Assembly: GCF_963921235.1 (NCBI RefSeq)
Contig: NC_086097.1
Span: forward strand, 227,604,001 to 227,668,000
Length of the DNA stretch: 64,000 nucleotides
Origin: Mobula hypostoma
Lineage: Eukaryota
Direction of reading: 5' to 3'
Of this stretch, positions 50,726-62,930 are shown piece by piece (the first letter of the stretch is position 1; each line of letters opens with the position of its first letter). Position numbers and translations under genes: made by a program. The notes beneath the pieces were generated by a model that saw nothing but the letters and a program-made list of their open reading frames with translations, was not told the DNA's origin and searched no databases.

Positions 50726-50959
50726 TTCTGGGCCATGATACAATTTGTCCATTCTGCCAAGGTCACTCAGCCCAGAAATACAACCATTGCATTATCACTG
50801 TTGTATCAGAATTCTGTAAGTCCTTACCCAATAATACCTTCACCACACAGTGCAACATTTCAATAAAGCAGCTCACCAGCACTTCTCAAGTACAAGAAAG
50901 GTAGGCATAAATATCAGACTTGCCAGTGGTACCCACTTCACACATACGGATAAAAATAG

Positions 50960-51387
50960 ATATGAGTCACGGGAAGTGCCACGTTGGTGAGGGGGTTGGC
51001 TTATTTGCTGGTTGAAAGCCGCTTCCACCATGATTGGCCCATTTAAAAGTTGCAGCCGCTCTTTCCCTTTGGTTGCCTTGTGTGCCAAGGCACCCAGTGT
51101 CCTCTGTGGTATCAGAATAGCACATCTGGGAGGCTTGCTTTCTTTCCTTTGTCTCCAGGGCACGCTTCACAGAACCATTGGGAAGGTATGCTCCAGACTT
51201 AGAAAGCGCTCACATCTTAGCTAAGTACCTGTTTGTTAAACATTTAGTTCTATAGTTTGTGAACTTGGGGGGACTTAAAAGTTTGGTGGATTCTTTTACT
51301 GTTTGTAAATAAATAATTAATATGCTTATTCATAGTCAGTGTCCTCTGTCTCACTCACCAAACCCGTGAACCTGCTTCCACATTACA
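50960..51387 (+). mobile_element. Possible solo LTR
   Basis: TTTAAAA box, AATAAA near 51308 and a CA terminus; no clear TSD. Confidence 0.4.
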
Positions 51388-51429
51388 GGAAGGCTCTGCT
51401 GGAAGTTGTAGAAGAATTACAATTCCACA

Positions 51430-52420
51430 AAACTGCTTTTGTAGAAAATTGGCTTGGAAATAGGAGATAGAGTGTGATGGTAGATGGTTGGTTTTGTGAT
51501 TGGAAGCTGTGATTAGCAGCAACCTCAGTGATCAGTGGCTAGCACCCTTGGCGTTTGAAATCTGCAGTATATTAACAATTTAGATGTGTGTGTAGGGGGC
51601 ACCATGAAGATTGAGGTGTTGTAGATAATGAGGAGCATAGACTTAAGTTACAGAATTATATTGATCAGTTCATAAATTTTACAGGGTACGGGTAGATGGA
51701 ATTTAATCCTGGTAGTTCTGAGGACAAACACTTTGGAAAGATCATTTCAGGTTTAGCAGATACCAATGAATGGTAGGCCCCTGTAAGTATTGAGGAACAG
51801 AGTTCTTTGGTTTACAAGTTTATAGATTCCTGAATGTGACAGCAAAGGTAGATAAGGTTGTGAAGAATACTGACAGGATGGTTATCATCATTAGCTAGGA
51901 CACAGAACATAGGTACTTGGAGATCGAGGTACAACTTTATAAAATGCTGGTTAGGCCGTAGTTAGAATATTGTGTGCAGTCCTAGTTCCCACTTTATATT
52001 AAGAAGTATTACATAGGAGAGGCTCAAAAGGATGTGGCCTAGCTTGAAGCATTTCAGTTCTGAGGAGAATTTGGATGGGCTGTTTTTTTTTTGATGGCTT
52101 GCTTAGGGGTATTCAAAATTTTGAACTGCACAGCTTGAATGGATGGCTAGAAAATTTTCCTCATTGCCTAAGACCAGATAGGTTTAAAGTGAGGCACGAG
52201 AAGGTTAGAGGGGATCTGAGGATGAATTCTTTCACCCAGAGAGCAATTAAATCTGGAACACACTACATGAGTGGCTATTGGAGACAGTTACTCCCACAAG
52301 ATTTAAAAAGCATCTGGGCAAGAATTTGAATCACTAAGGTTTCATGACTACATATCACATGCTGGTAAATGAGATTAGTACATACAATTGCTCTTGGTTG
52401 CTTGTTTCTGTGCTCTGTGA
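51430..52420 (+). mobile_element. Very old CR1 fragment
   Basis: Residual LYKMLVRP.LEYCVQ and GDLRMNSFTQRA motifs. Confidence 0.7.
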
Positions 52421-53774
52421 CTCAATGATAAAAATACCTTTTCCCCAATACTTACCTGAGCCAGAGATCACCTTTAACATATATTCCCAGACATTAAGAA
52501 TTGATTAATTGGTAAAGTAGTCACAAGGTACTGAGGTCTACTACCTGAACACATTACCACACATGGGAATGACTGCATTGAAAATTTCTAGGTAGTTTGC
52601 CCCTGAGTGATGCAATCAAATTATCATAATTCCATAAAACATATGGTTCCCATCTTAGCAAGCTCATTGTGGTGTTATATTCTCTTGCAAACACTATATA
52701 ATAAAACTAAACTGTGACTTCAGTAAATGAAAGAGGACTTATTTGAATAATATTTTTCTTAAATTGTCCCAGTAGGCCAATTGAAATTTAAAGGAAGTTT
52801 TATATTTTAAAGACCAGGACAATTTATTCATTTACAAAAAACACATCCTCTGCCAATTTTCCTGGAAGGATATTAGTATACTGTGGAAAAATGCAGCTTG
52901 TAAGTTTTCATCACATAGGTGGTGACATTTTGCTTTCTCTGCTTAAAGAAAGAAGTCCAGGTGGGATGCATTATCTAAAGGACCAGCTGAAAATACTCAT
53001 CCAGTCAAGTACTTCAAATAATGGATACCACCTGACAGCAATTTTTTTTTCCCCTTAACAGAGAGCTTAGTTCATAAGAAAATCACCAACAGAGAGGAAA
53101 AGGCAGGGGTCAATAATGTGATTGATGTGGTCAAAGCTCACTTCTCTTGCAATGTGATAGGGATGGGTTTTGATCCTGGATTTAGGCTGCATGAGCTAAA
53201 ATGCCATTTTTGAAATCTGTCTGGGAAAGCGTCACATTAACAATATAATCCCAAGAGCTGGACAACAAACAGCTTCCAAATAAAATGAATAAATGAACTT
53301 GTCTTTGTCCACCTTTATTTTGCCATCTCAGTTCATCATGGAGGCATTTACCAGCAATTAATAAGCACTTGTAAATAAGGCAATGGGTGCTACAGATAGA
53401 ACTTGTTTCATTAGTTTGTCTTTTTGTTTGAGGTACTATGAAAATCTGATGGAATCTGTGAGCAACACAACTTGTCTTGAATGATCCAATGCTGGAGAAT
53501 GACTAGGTTCTATTTCCTGTTGGCAGAGGATCAATGGAAGTCCTGGAGATGGGCAGAAGCAGCCAGAATATGGCTCTAACTACCCCAATGTCTTGGGCAC
53601 ACCAATCTGTTTGAATCAAACTGTCAAAGAGGGCCTGATGAATAGACAGCCTGATTATGCACAACTTAGGACAGGCATCTTGGCAACGGTGCAGGCGGCT
53701 GCAAGATACTGTCAGATACTGTTGAAGTGTTGTACACTGGCAGCACTGGGAGAAAAGAGACTACAGGTAATGGA

Positions 53775-53932
53775 CTGACAAACAATCTGCTGGAGAAACT
53801 CAGCGGGCCAAGCAGCGTCTGTAGGAGGAAAGGAATTGTTAACGATCTGGGTCGAAAGCCTGCTACAAAATCGACATTCTGATACAAGATAGTGGCCTGA
53901 AACATTGACGATATCTTTCCTCCCTCAGAGAT
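53775..53932. mobile_element. Degenerate PLE-terminal-repeat foldback fragment
   Basis: TGCTGGAGAAACTCAGCGGGCCAAGCAGCGTCTG arm and a partial return arm with CCTGAAACATTGAC. Confidence 0.55.
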
Positions 53933-54560
53933 GATTGTAGACTTCAGGAGAAAGATACCAGAGGTCCATGAGCCAGTAACCAGAGGATAAGAGGTGGAGA
54001 AGGTCAGTAACTTTAAATCCCTGTGTGTCACCATCTCAGAGGACCTGTCCTGGACCCATCATATAAATATAATTGCAAAGAAAGCATGACAGTGCCTCTT
54101 CTTCCTCAGGAGTCTGTGGAGTTTCAGCATGTCATCAAAAACCTTGGCAAACTTCTGTAGGTGTGTGGGGAGAGTGTGATGACTGGCGCATTACAGCCTG
54201 GTATGGGAACACCAATGCCTATGAGTGGAAAATCCTACGAAAGCCAGTGGATTTGGCCCAGTATGTCACGGGTAAAACCCTCCCAAACATTGAGCGCATC
54301 TACTTGAAATGTTGGTGTAGAAAAGTAGCATCCATCATCAAAGATCCTCACCGCCCAGCCATGCTCTTTTCTCGCTGCTGCCATCAGGTAGAAGGTACAA
54401 GTGTCTCAGGACTTGCATCACTAGTTGCAAGAACAGTTACTACCCCTCAACCATTCAAGCTCTTGAACAAAAGGGAATAACTACATTAATTTATCTTGTT
54501 ATTTCATGCTCATTATTTATTCCTATTTACTTATATCTGCATTTGCAGTTTGTTTCCATT
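53930..54560 (+). mobile_element. Rex1/Babar 3' fragment
   Basis: EMIVDFRR, ITAWYGNTNA, RKVASIIKDPH. Confidence 0.8.
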
Positions 54561-54639
54561 GAATTGCATAAGAAATTCAAGCCTATTGATGCTTGTGATT
54601 TTACTGCTTTGCCCACCAATTATTCCTCACAGTTGCGAG

Positions 54640-55270
54640 AAGTAAGTTTATAGATGATATAAAAATTGGTGATGTAAATAGTGAGAGAGTTTGTCTTGGA
54701 CTACAGCAAGACAGATCAAATAGAAAGATTGATAGGGTTGGCATATGGAATTTATTCTTGGTTAAGTTCTAGGTGATATTTTGGAATGTCATTTAGGGGT
54801 AGGACAGGGTAGGGTGTTAAGGAATGTTGATGATCAGAGGGTTCTTGAGGTTCAGGTCTGTAGCTCCCTGAAAATCTCAACACTGGAAGACAGAGTAGTT
54901 AAAAGGGCATATGACGTGCTTGCCACCTTAGGTTGGGATCTAGAATGTAAAAGTTGGGACGTTATATTACAACTTTCCAAAACCCTGGTTTGGCTTCACT
55001 TGAAAGATAATGTCCAGTTCTTTTTAGAACACCATAGGAAAAAGATGGTTGTGCTGGACAATGTTCAGAGCAGATTCATCAAAATGCTGTTTGAACTGAA
55101 GGATTTTAATTTTGGGGAGGGATTGGATAGACTAGGTTGCAAAGAAGACTGTCAGATGATTAGGTTGAGATGTATTCAACAATAAGACCTACAGACGTAT
55201 CATCAGAATCATGGTTGAAGTATCTGAAACAAAATAGCAATGTGGGAGGACAAAGTTTTAAAGGGGATTT
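54640..55270 (+). mobile_element. Very old CR1 fragment (resumes about 56175-56280)
   Basis: DQRVLEVQVCSSLK..ILQLSKTLVWLHL. Confidence 0.7.
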
Positions 55271-55596
55271 CAAATGGTTCAATTTAATATCAGAAAATCT
55301 GTACAGTATACAACTTGAAATTCCTACTCTTCGCAGACATCCACAAAACAGAAAAAAAACAAGACTGAATGACAGAATCCCAAAGCCCACTTTCCCCCTC
55401 CCATGCACAAGCAGCAGAAAAAGCATTAACCCTCTCCCCCACTAGTTCCAGCAAAACACCAAACCCCCACCATCCACTGTGCAAGCAATAGCAAAGCCCA
55501 CAAAGAGGCCAGGATCTAGAGTCCTCCAAAAGAAAACTACTGTCCATCCCAACACTTCGACATCTCAGACAGTCTCAGTCAGTCTCAGTGTCTGTC

Positions 55597-55638
<42 letters not shown>

Positions 55639-56155
55639 ATTCACTAGCAAGAGAGAGAGAGAAATATATCGCTCCTGCAACAAGCAAGAGTGGGAAACCA
55701 GCAGCTCACTGTTTCGATGTTACAATCTGCTGCGTCGATTGACCGAGTTTCCAGAGTCAAGGACCAACAGACGCTCACTCACCATTGAGGGAGGGAGAGA
55801 GAGAGATTGCTCGAGTGCGGGAGTCTTCCAACAGGAGCACACACTGCCTGTTTTAACCTCTTGCGGTTCTTTAGTCAGTGACATCGGCAAGGAACCGGAT
55901 CATCTTTGCGGCCGCACCCCAAAGGCACACATCTCCTAGCGGTATCGAAATGTCAGGCCACACAGAAATTCCCAGAGTGAAAACCCACCACCTGTGGAGA
56001 ACCATAGTTTGAACTGCAACTGTAGATCATGGACTCTGACAGGACCCCAGCCACCTTGAAAAGAAAATAGAAACATGAGAAAAGAAGAAGAAGCTGTTCT
56101 ACAGATGAACTGGAAGAAGTCACCTGGGTCTGCAAAACACTTTGGCACCATTTTT
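55270..56155 (-). mobile_element. Non-coding ~0.9-kb interspersed element related to 8045-8855
   Basis: Starts AAAATGGTGCC on the - strand; shared CTTCGCA..CATCCAC.AAAACAGA..TGAATGACAG block; internal (CT)n at about 55590-55640. Confidence 0.55.
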
Positions 56156-56280
56156 TCTAGCTCCTCCCACTCCAGGTGAAAGATTTTACACTGAATGATT
56201 GATATTTAGAACTCACACCAGAGGAGGTGGTATAGTCAGATGCCATCACTATGTTTAAGAGACATTTAAACAAGCACAAG

Positions 56281-56897
56281 TTATAGTCATTCCAAACACA
56301 CAGGGGGAAAAGTTTAAAGGGAACATTAGGGGGGGCTTCTTCGCACAGAGAGTGGTGGGAGTGTGGAATGAGCTGCCAGACAAGGTGGTAAATGTGGGTT
56401 CTTTTTTAATATTTAAGAATAAATTGGACAGATACATGGATGGGAGGTGTATGGAGGGATATGGTCCGTGTGCAGGTCAGTGGGACTAGGCAGAAAATGG
56501 TTCGGCACAGCCAAGAAGGGCCAAAAGGCCTGTTTCTGTGCTGTAGTTTTTCTATGGTTTCTATGGTTTCTACATAACACACAGAAATCAATAAGTGAAA
56601 AACACCAGAAAATGCTAATTTAAAAGAAGAAATCGAAAGACTATGGAACATGAACAGGGTATACATTGTCCGAATAGTAATAACCAGAAGTGGTATCATT
56701 CCAAAGTCTCTACACAACAGCATTAAATAATTAGACCTACACAACAATATTCATGCAAATCTCCAGAAAGCCACAATACTAAACACCATTAGATTAGTCC
56801 AAAACTTCGTAGCAATTGAGAAATTAATGTGTTTGGCTATTACCTACCTCAGGTTTTACCTGCTTTAGCTGAGAAAAAATAAATAATAATAATAATA
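56281..56897 (+). mobile_element. R4/Dong-type LINE 3' fragment, split by a young CR1 tail (56303-56571)
   Basis: LKEEIERLWNMNRVYIV..LQKATILNT; ends in (TAA)n; paralogous to 59330-59680. Confidence 0.8.
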
Positions 56898-57165
56898 TTT
56901 ATTATCTATTAACAACAAAAAAAAGAACAACCATCATTATCCAAATGAGCTGAGGCATTTTCCAAGGTGATTCTCGAAGCGCACTATAGTTTTGTTTAGC
57001 TTTAAACACACTGTTTAATTTACTTAGGTGGACAAAAATAGGGTATCAAATCAGAAGCAACCAAATGAATTATGCCTTGGCGCACCTCCTGTACATGGAT
57101 GATTTGAAGTTCTTCATCAGCTCCTTCATCAGTAAAGCTAAACAATTAATTCAAAGGTAGAAGTA

Positions 57166-57651
57166 CGAGGGGTGATTGATAAGGTCATGGCCCAAGATAG
57201 AAAGCCTACCACATTTATTTTTCAACATAGTTCCCTCCTACATTTACACACTTAGTCCAGCGGTCGTGGAGCATACGGATCCCTTCTTTGTAGAAGTCGG
57301 TGTCTTGGACCTCCAGAAAATGGTCCACAGCAGGGGTGATTGATAAGTTCGTGGCCTAAGGTAGAGGGAGATGAGTTATTAACTTCAAACTTTCTGCATA
57401 ATCACTCAAAAGAGTTGAACTGCACGTGAATGTAACGAGAGCTGTATAACTCATCTTCTTCTATCTTAGGCCATGAACTTATCAATCACCCCTGCTGTAG
57501 ACCACTTCTACAAAGAAGGGATCTGTATGGTCCACGACCGCTGGACTAAGTGCGTAAATGTAGGAGGGGACTATGTTGAAAAATAAATGTGCTAGGTTTT
57601 CTAAAATTGACTCCTTCTACCTTAGGCCACTAATCTATCAATCACCCCTCG
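57166..57651. mobile_element. Palindromic mariner-derived MITE
   Basis: TA|CGAGGGGTGATTGATA...TATCAATCACCCCTCG|TA; both arms carry the mariner transposase C-terminus. Confidence 0.92.
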
Positions 57652-58171
57652 TATTTTCTAAAGATATAAACATGAACTTTGGACTAGATAAATGCAGAAC
57701 ATTAAACATAAAGAAAGGTGAAATAGAGCTAGTAGAATATAAAACAGAGCAGCAGGACACAATATGAAATATACAAGTATCTGGGATATCAACAAGCAAA
57801 CAAAATAGATCATAGTGTGATACAGGGTAAACTTTCGACAGAATTTACTTCCAGGTTTAAGAAAATCTGCTGAACAGAACACAATAGTAAAAACATAAGA
57901 AAGGCAATAAACACTTTCACTATACCCATGTTAGCATATTCTTTTGGCATAATATATTGGTCTGAAACTGATCTGGAAAATTTACAAAGATGAATAAAAA
58001 CTGAAATGGCAAATTTTGGAAAAGAAGGCACTTAGTGTAACAGTACCAGATGTTAATAACAGTCATAAAAATGTATACAACAGTCAGATAAAGGGTATGT
58101 TTCTAAGGATATGTTTTCATCAACAAAAACAGGATTCTGCACTCCATGTGAGCCTATGCAATTCTTCCAAG

Positions 58172-58771
58172 GAGTGAAGTGAAGTGAGGTGAGGGCCTCT
58201 GTCGGTTAGAGTTGACCATAGATATTGTGCCCTAGCTGTCTAGATATGCAAACTTGGGCAGTACAATATGGAGAGCAAGCTGTTGCCCAAGTAGCAAGTC
58301 CCCCTCTCCATGCATCTGATGAACCCAAAGGAACAACAGAGACCGATACAGTTTGGTACCAGCAACATTGCAAGAGTTGCCAGTCAGCATTGAACTCAAT
58401 ATAGGACTGCCTTAAATACTCCAGCTTGATTTTTCCCTCAAAGTTTACCCCTGAAACCTTCCCCATGAGAGGGTACAGCCAAAAGGCAGCAGAGGTTTGA
58501 GATTAGAGTTTTCCTTCTCCTAGATGAGCTGTCAACCACGGTTGATGAGCTCCATCTGACCAAAGTGACAAGTTTTAAGGTGTCAGTAACCCACCTTTGC
58601 CCTTTCTCCTGGCAGTAGAAATAATTCAGTCGAGCTTAGTAGCTAAGCCACAGATGAAGGCCGGGAGCTGGAGTTGGTTGTCAGAGGCTATTTGAAGTGC
58701 ACGCCATTGGGAGCATTTAATAGGTAGTGGGAGCTTGTCCCCATTACCAACCCCAGCTATAACAACCTTAA
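58172..58771 (-). mobile_element. Non-autonomous RTE-derived element (5'UTR-like body plus short tail)
   Basis: About 600 bp, no ORF, (CACTT)n tail on the - strand; three copies in the window. Confidence 0.7.
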
Positions 58772-59684
58772 CTTAAATAAAAGTGCAACTCAGAAAAATG
58801 AAGAAATTACCACTATAGAAGAAAAAGTTAACCAGTGGAAGATCATGGCCCTCCTTGAACAACATCCCCACAATCTGAGCTGACTGGATGCTGGCAAGGA
58901 AGTGTCAAACCCCTGGCTCAGTTGTAGAGATCTCTTCCCAGAAACAGAATGGTTCCTTATGGCAATACAGCACCAGGCAGTTAACAAAAAAAGAATATAA
59001 AAAATACATAATAATAGACCAACAAATTCAAGACACTAAATGCCAAGAGAAACCAGAAACAATTCAAGACATTACAGGGTCCCGCAGCAGTATAACTCAA
59101 TCTGATTACTTACACAGGCACAATCAAGTGACAAATGTCATTCACCAAAATCTTGCTTCAAAATACAAACTCGTAAAAGACACCATAGCTTACTATAAAT
59201 AAAATCCTGATGCAGTTTTAGAGTCAGAGTCCAGCAAATTATATTATGCCCTATCCATTATTACAGAGAGGAAAATCCAGAATAACCATCTGGATATAAT
59301 ATTACAAGAAAGAACGACATACTTAATAGATATAGACATTCTAAACACATGTAACATATAGAAATTAATAAGCAAAAACCATCGGAATCACTATATATAT
59401 GTTGAATTAAAAGAGGAAATTGAAAGACTATGGAACATGAACAGGGTATACATTGTCCCAATAGTAATAACTACAAGTGGTATCATCCCAAAGTCGCTAC
59501 ACAATAGCATTAAACAATTAGGCCCCCACAGCAATATTTACGTAAATCTCCAGAAAGCCACAATACTAAATACCACTAGAATAGTCCAAAAGTTCCCAGC
59601 AATTGAGAAATGAGTGTGCTTGGCTATGCCCGTACCTCAGGTTTTACCAGCTTGAGCTGAGAAAATATAAATAAACAATAAATA

Positions 59685-60100
59685 TTGAGAACATGAGATA
59701 GAAAGTCCTTGAAAGTGAGTCCATAGTTTGTGGTAACAGTTCAGTGATGAGGCAAGTGAAGTGAATGAAGTTATCCTCTTTGGTTCAAGAGGTTAATGGT
59801 TGAAAAATAATAACAGCTCCTAAACTTGGTGGTGTAAGTCCTGAGTCTTCTGTACCTTCTTCCTGATGGCAGTAACAAGAAGAGAGCATGGTGGGGTTCC
59901 TTGATTTTGGATGCTACTTTCCTGTGTCAACACTCCATGTAGATGTGCTCAATGGTGGGGAGGGCTTTAGTAGTGATGGACTGGACCACAACTACGACTT
60001 TTTGTTGGATTTTCCATTCAAGAGCATTGGTGTTTCCATAACAGGCTGTGATGCAACCAGTCAATATACTCTCCAGCACACATCTATAGAAGTTTGTCAA
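59685..60100 (-). mobile_element. Rex1/Babar 3' fragment
   Basis: LLTNFYRCVLESILTGCITACYGNTNA. Confidence 0.82.
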
Positions 60101-61657
60101 AAGGCCCAATTCTATGCTATACAGCTCTATGACTCTATGATTCTAAGAAAGGCAGCAACATTCAAATCAATTTTGTTGAAGCTGACACTGAAAGACATAA
60201 TGTCTACAATAACAATGAGGTTGTTATTTACTGACCAAAGATCTGATGAAGCAACGTATATGACCAATATACTGTACTTTTGCTTAACTAAGGCTTGCCT
60301 CCATTAAATCAATCTGTAAATTTAATTTTCTAAAATCACTTGATCAAACAAAAGATGCCTGTCATGACCATATTTTATCATTTGTGGAAATGCTGTACAT
60401 CTTTAATGAAACATATACTGTAGTCTTTTATGAGCTGCTGTGCATATAATCCTGTATCTTAATCTTGCTGAATGACATTGAATGCAATCTTTGAATCTAA
60501 GTCTATTTATCGCTATTGTTTCTTTTCACTTTGCTTGCTTAGTTCCAGTCTGTGATCTGTGCGTCACTAAAATAATAATACAGGAAAGTTTGATTGTTCA
60601 TAATGCAGTTGCAAATAAAATTATCATGGAGGCACCGTGGGATTCAGGAGAGCAATTTTGTACAACGCCATGTCTAAAATGAGATCTTTGAGACCCTCTA
60701 ATTTCAATATATTAATAAATCATTCAGGTAACCCAACTTTATTGCAGAATCAAAAACTGCTACAAAATTATATTAAACAATAATAGTTCTACAGTAGATG
60801 ATGCCATCATGCTAATGACAGTTCTAATTTATTCTCTATTTGATTATTAACTTTTATTTCTTATCACCTTCCTGTAACTCTTGCAGGATTCATTTGTATT
60901 TGCTTTGGGAAACAGAAGGAAACAGGGAATAATGGGTAAATCTATTGAGAAATAATTAGACAAATAAAGGCTTTTGGGCAACTTCCAGAAATGTTTTAAA
61001 ATTATGAAGAAAGGTACATTTCTTTAAGTAAAAAATAACCTTTCCTCAAATCACCAAAGGATCAAATTAGCTATCCTGTAAAGAATCATGAATCTCAGAA
61101 TCCCTATTTACCGTTTGTATTTTATTCTTTCCTGCAACTATACTTTGTGTTAAAGAAAGCTCTCTGCATTCTTCTGCTTTGCACTCTGACCAAAGGCAAT
61201 AATTTAATTCTTTCTCCTTTCACATGGTTGACATTTTGAAGTTTCTTTCTTTCCTTCCTCAAATTAAGCTCACTATTAACCTTCTCCAGAATCCTTTCTG
61301 CTTTCAGCTGGAATCACTTCAGACCGTCAGTGTCACAGCTTTACGGACAGCTTCAGGGATACCTCTTCCTTGTTGCAAGATGTTTAATAAACGATTCCTC
61401 CAATTATTTTTCCAAGGTAAGATAGGTGTGGATGGGGGCGGGGAAGAAAGAGGAGAGATGCAGAGGGAGAGAGGGAGGGGGAAGGGGGGGTGAGAGGGAG
61501 AGGGAGAGAAGTCATGAAGTTATACCACAGACCATTTATTTCCAACTTTATTCTTTTTTCACTTTCACTATTCTTCAAAGAACTAAAGACCTAAAGGCGG
61601 AATGAGGAATTATGTAGTTCTGAAGATGTGATGTATTTTACAAGGTAAAGATATTTA

Positions 61658-62930
61658 CAGTGCCTATAAGAAGTATTCACCCACCTTAGAAGTATTCATG
61701 TTTTATTGTTTTACAACATTGAATTACAACGGATTTAATTTGGATTTTTGACACTGATCAACAGAAAATAAACTATTTTGTGTCAAAGTGAATACAAATT
61801 GGTCTACATTTATTACAATTATTAAACACAAAAAAATTGATTGCATAATTACTCACTCCCTTCAAGTCAGTACTTAGTAGATGCATCTTTGGCAGCAGTT
61901 ACAGGCTTGAGTGTGTGTGGATAGGTCTCTATCAGCTTTGCGCATCCGGACCCTGCAATTTTTCCCCATTCTTCTTTACAAAACTGCTCAGTCTCTGTCA
62001 GAATGCATGGGGATCATGAGTAAACAGCCCTTCAAATCCAGCCACAAATTCTCAATTGGATTGAGATCTGGACTCTGACTTGGCCTCTCCAGGGCATTAA
62101 CTTTGTTGTTTTGAAGCCATTCCTGTGTAGCTTTGGCTTTATGCTGGGGTCATTACCTTGCCGGAGAACAGATCTTCTCCCAAGTTGCAGTACTCTTGCA
62201 GACTGTATCAGGTTTTCCTCCAGGATTTCCCTGTATTTTGCTACATTCATTTTACCCTCTACCTTCACAAGCCTTCCAGAGCCTGCCACAGTGAAGCAAC
62301 CCCACAGCATGATGCAGCCACCACCACACTTCATGGTAGGAATGGTGCGTTTTTGATGATGTGCAGTTTTTGGCTTACACCAAACATAACGTTTAGTCTG
62401 ATGGCCATAAAGCTCAATTTTGGTTTCATCAGACCATAGAACCTTCTTCCAGCTGACCAGGATCTCCCACATGCCTTCTGGCAAACTCTAGCTAAGAATT
62501 CATGTGATTTCTTTTTTTCGACAGTGGCTTTCTCTTTGCCAGTCTCCTATAAAGCTGTGACTGGTGAAGCACTCGGGCAACAGTTGTATTCACAGTCTCT
62601 CCCATCTCAATTACTGAAGCTTGCAGCTCCTCCAGAGTTGTCATAGGTCTATTGGTGGCCTCCCTCACCCCCCTTCTTGCACGGTCACTCAGTTTTTGAT
62701 GACGGCCTGCTCTAGGCATATTTACAACTGTGCCATATTCTTTCCATTTCTTGATGATTGACTGAACTGTACTCCAAGGGATATTCAGTGACTTGGAAAT
62801 GTTCTTGTATCCATCTCCTGACTTGTGGTTTTCAATAACCTTTTTGCAGAGATGATTGGAGTGTTTTTCTTTTCTTCATTGTGTAGTTTTTGCCAGGATA
62901 CTGACTCACCAGTGGTTGTACCTTCCAGAT
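61658..62930 (-). mobile_element. Tc1 DNA transposon with a frameshifted DD34E-type transposase
   Basis: [67 protein letters not shown] and C-terminal STKY*; 5' end interrupted by CR1. Confidence 0.92.

Larger units (their letters stand above)
57040..59680 (+). mobile_element. R4/Dong-type non-LTR retrotransposon (RT, knuckle region, restriction-like endonuclease), decayed
   Basis: HLLYMDDLK (YMDD at 57092-57103), DINMNFGLDKC, YKYLG, ETIQDITG..YLHRHNQV, ELKEEIERLW..VPIVITTSGIIPK; stop at 59611-59613. Confidence 0.87.

Noticed and set aside
53062..53213. Strong + acceptor followed by about 50 open codons
   Set aside because: No convincing donor or linked exon; it lies downstream of the inferred stop and has no recognisable motif.
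57166..57651. Repeated GGGGTGATTGATAAG units as a CRISPR-like array
   Set aside because: The units are inverted TIR copies of a mariner MITE, with no regular repeat-spacer period and no cas genes in this eukaryotic context.
58310..58360. CTGATGA motif (also near 1952) as a hammerhead
   Set aside because: No GAAA/stem II/NUH arrangement follows, and it is antisense to the RTE-derived element.
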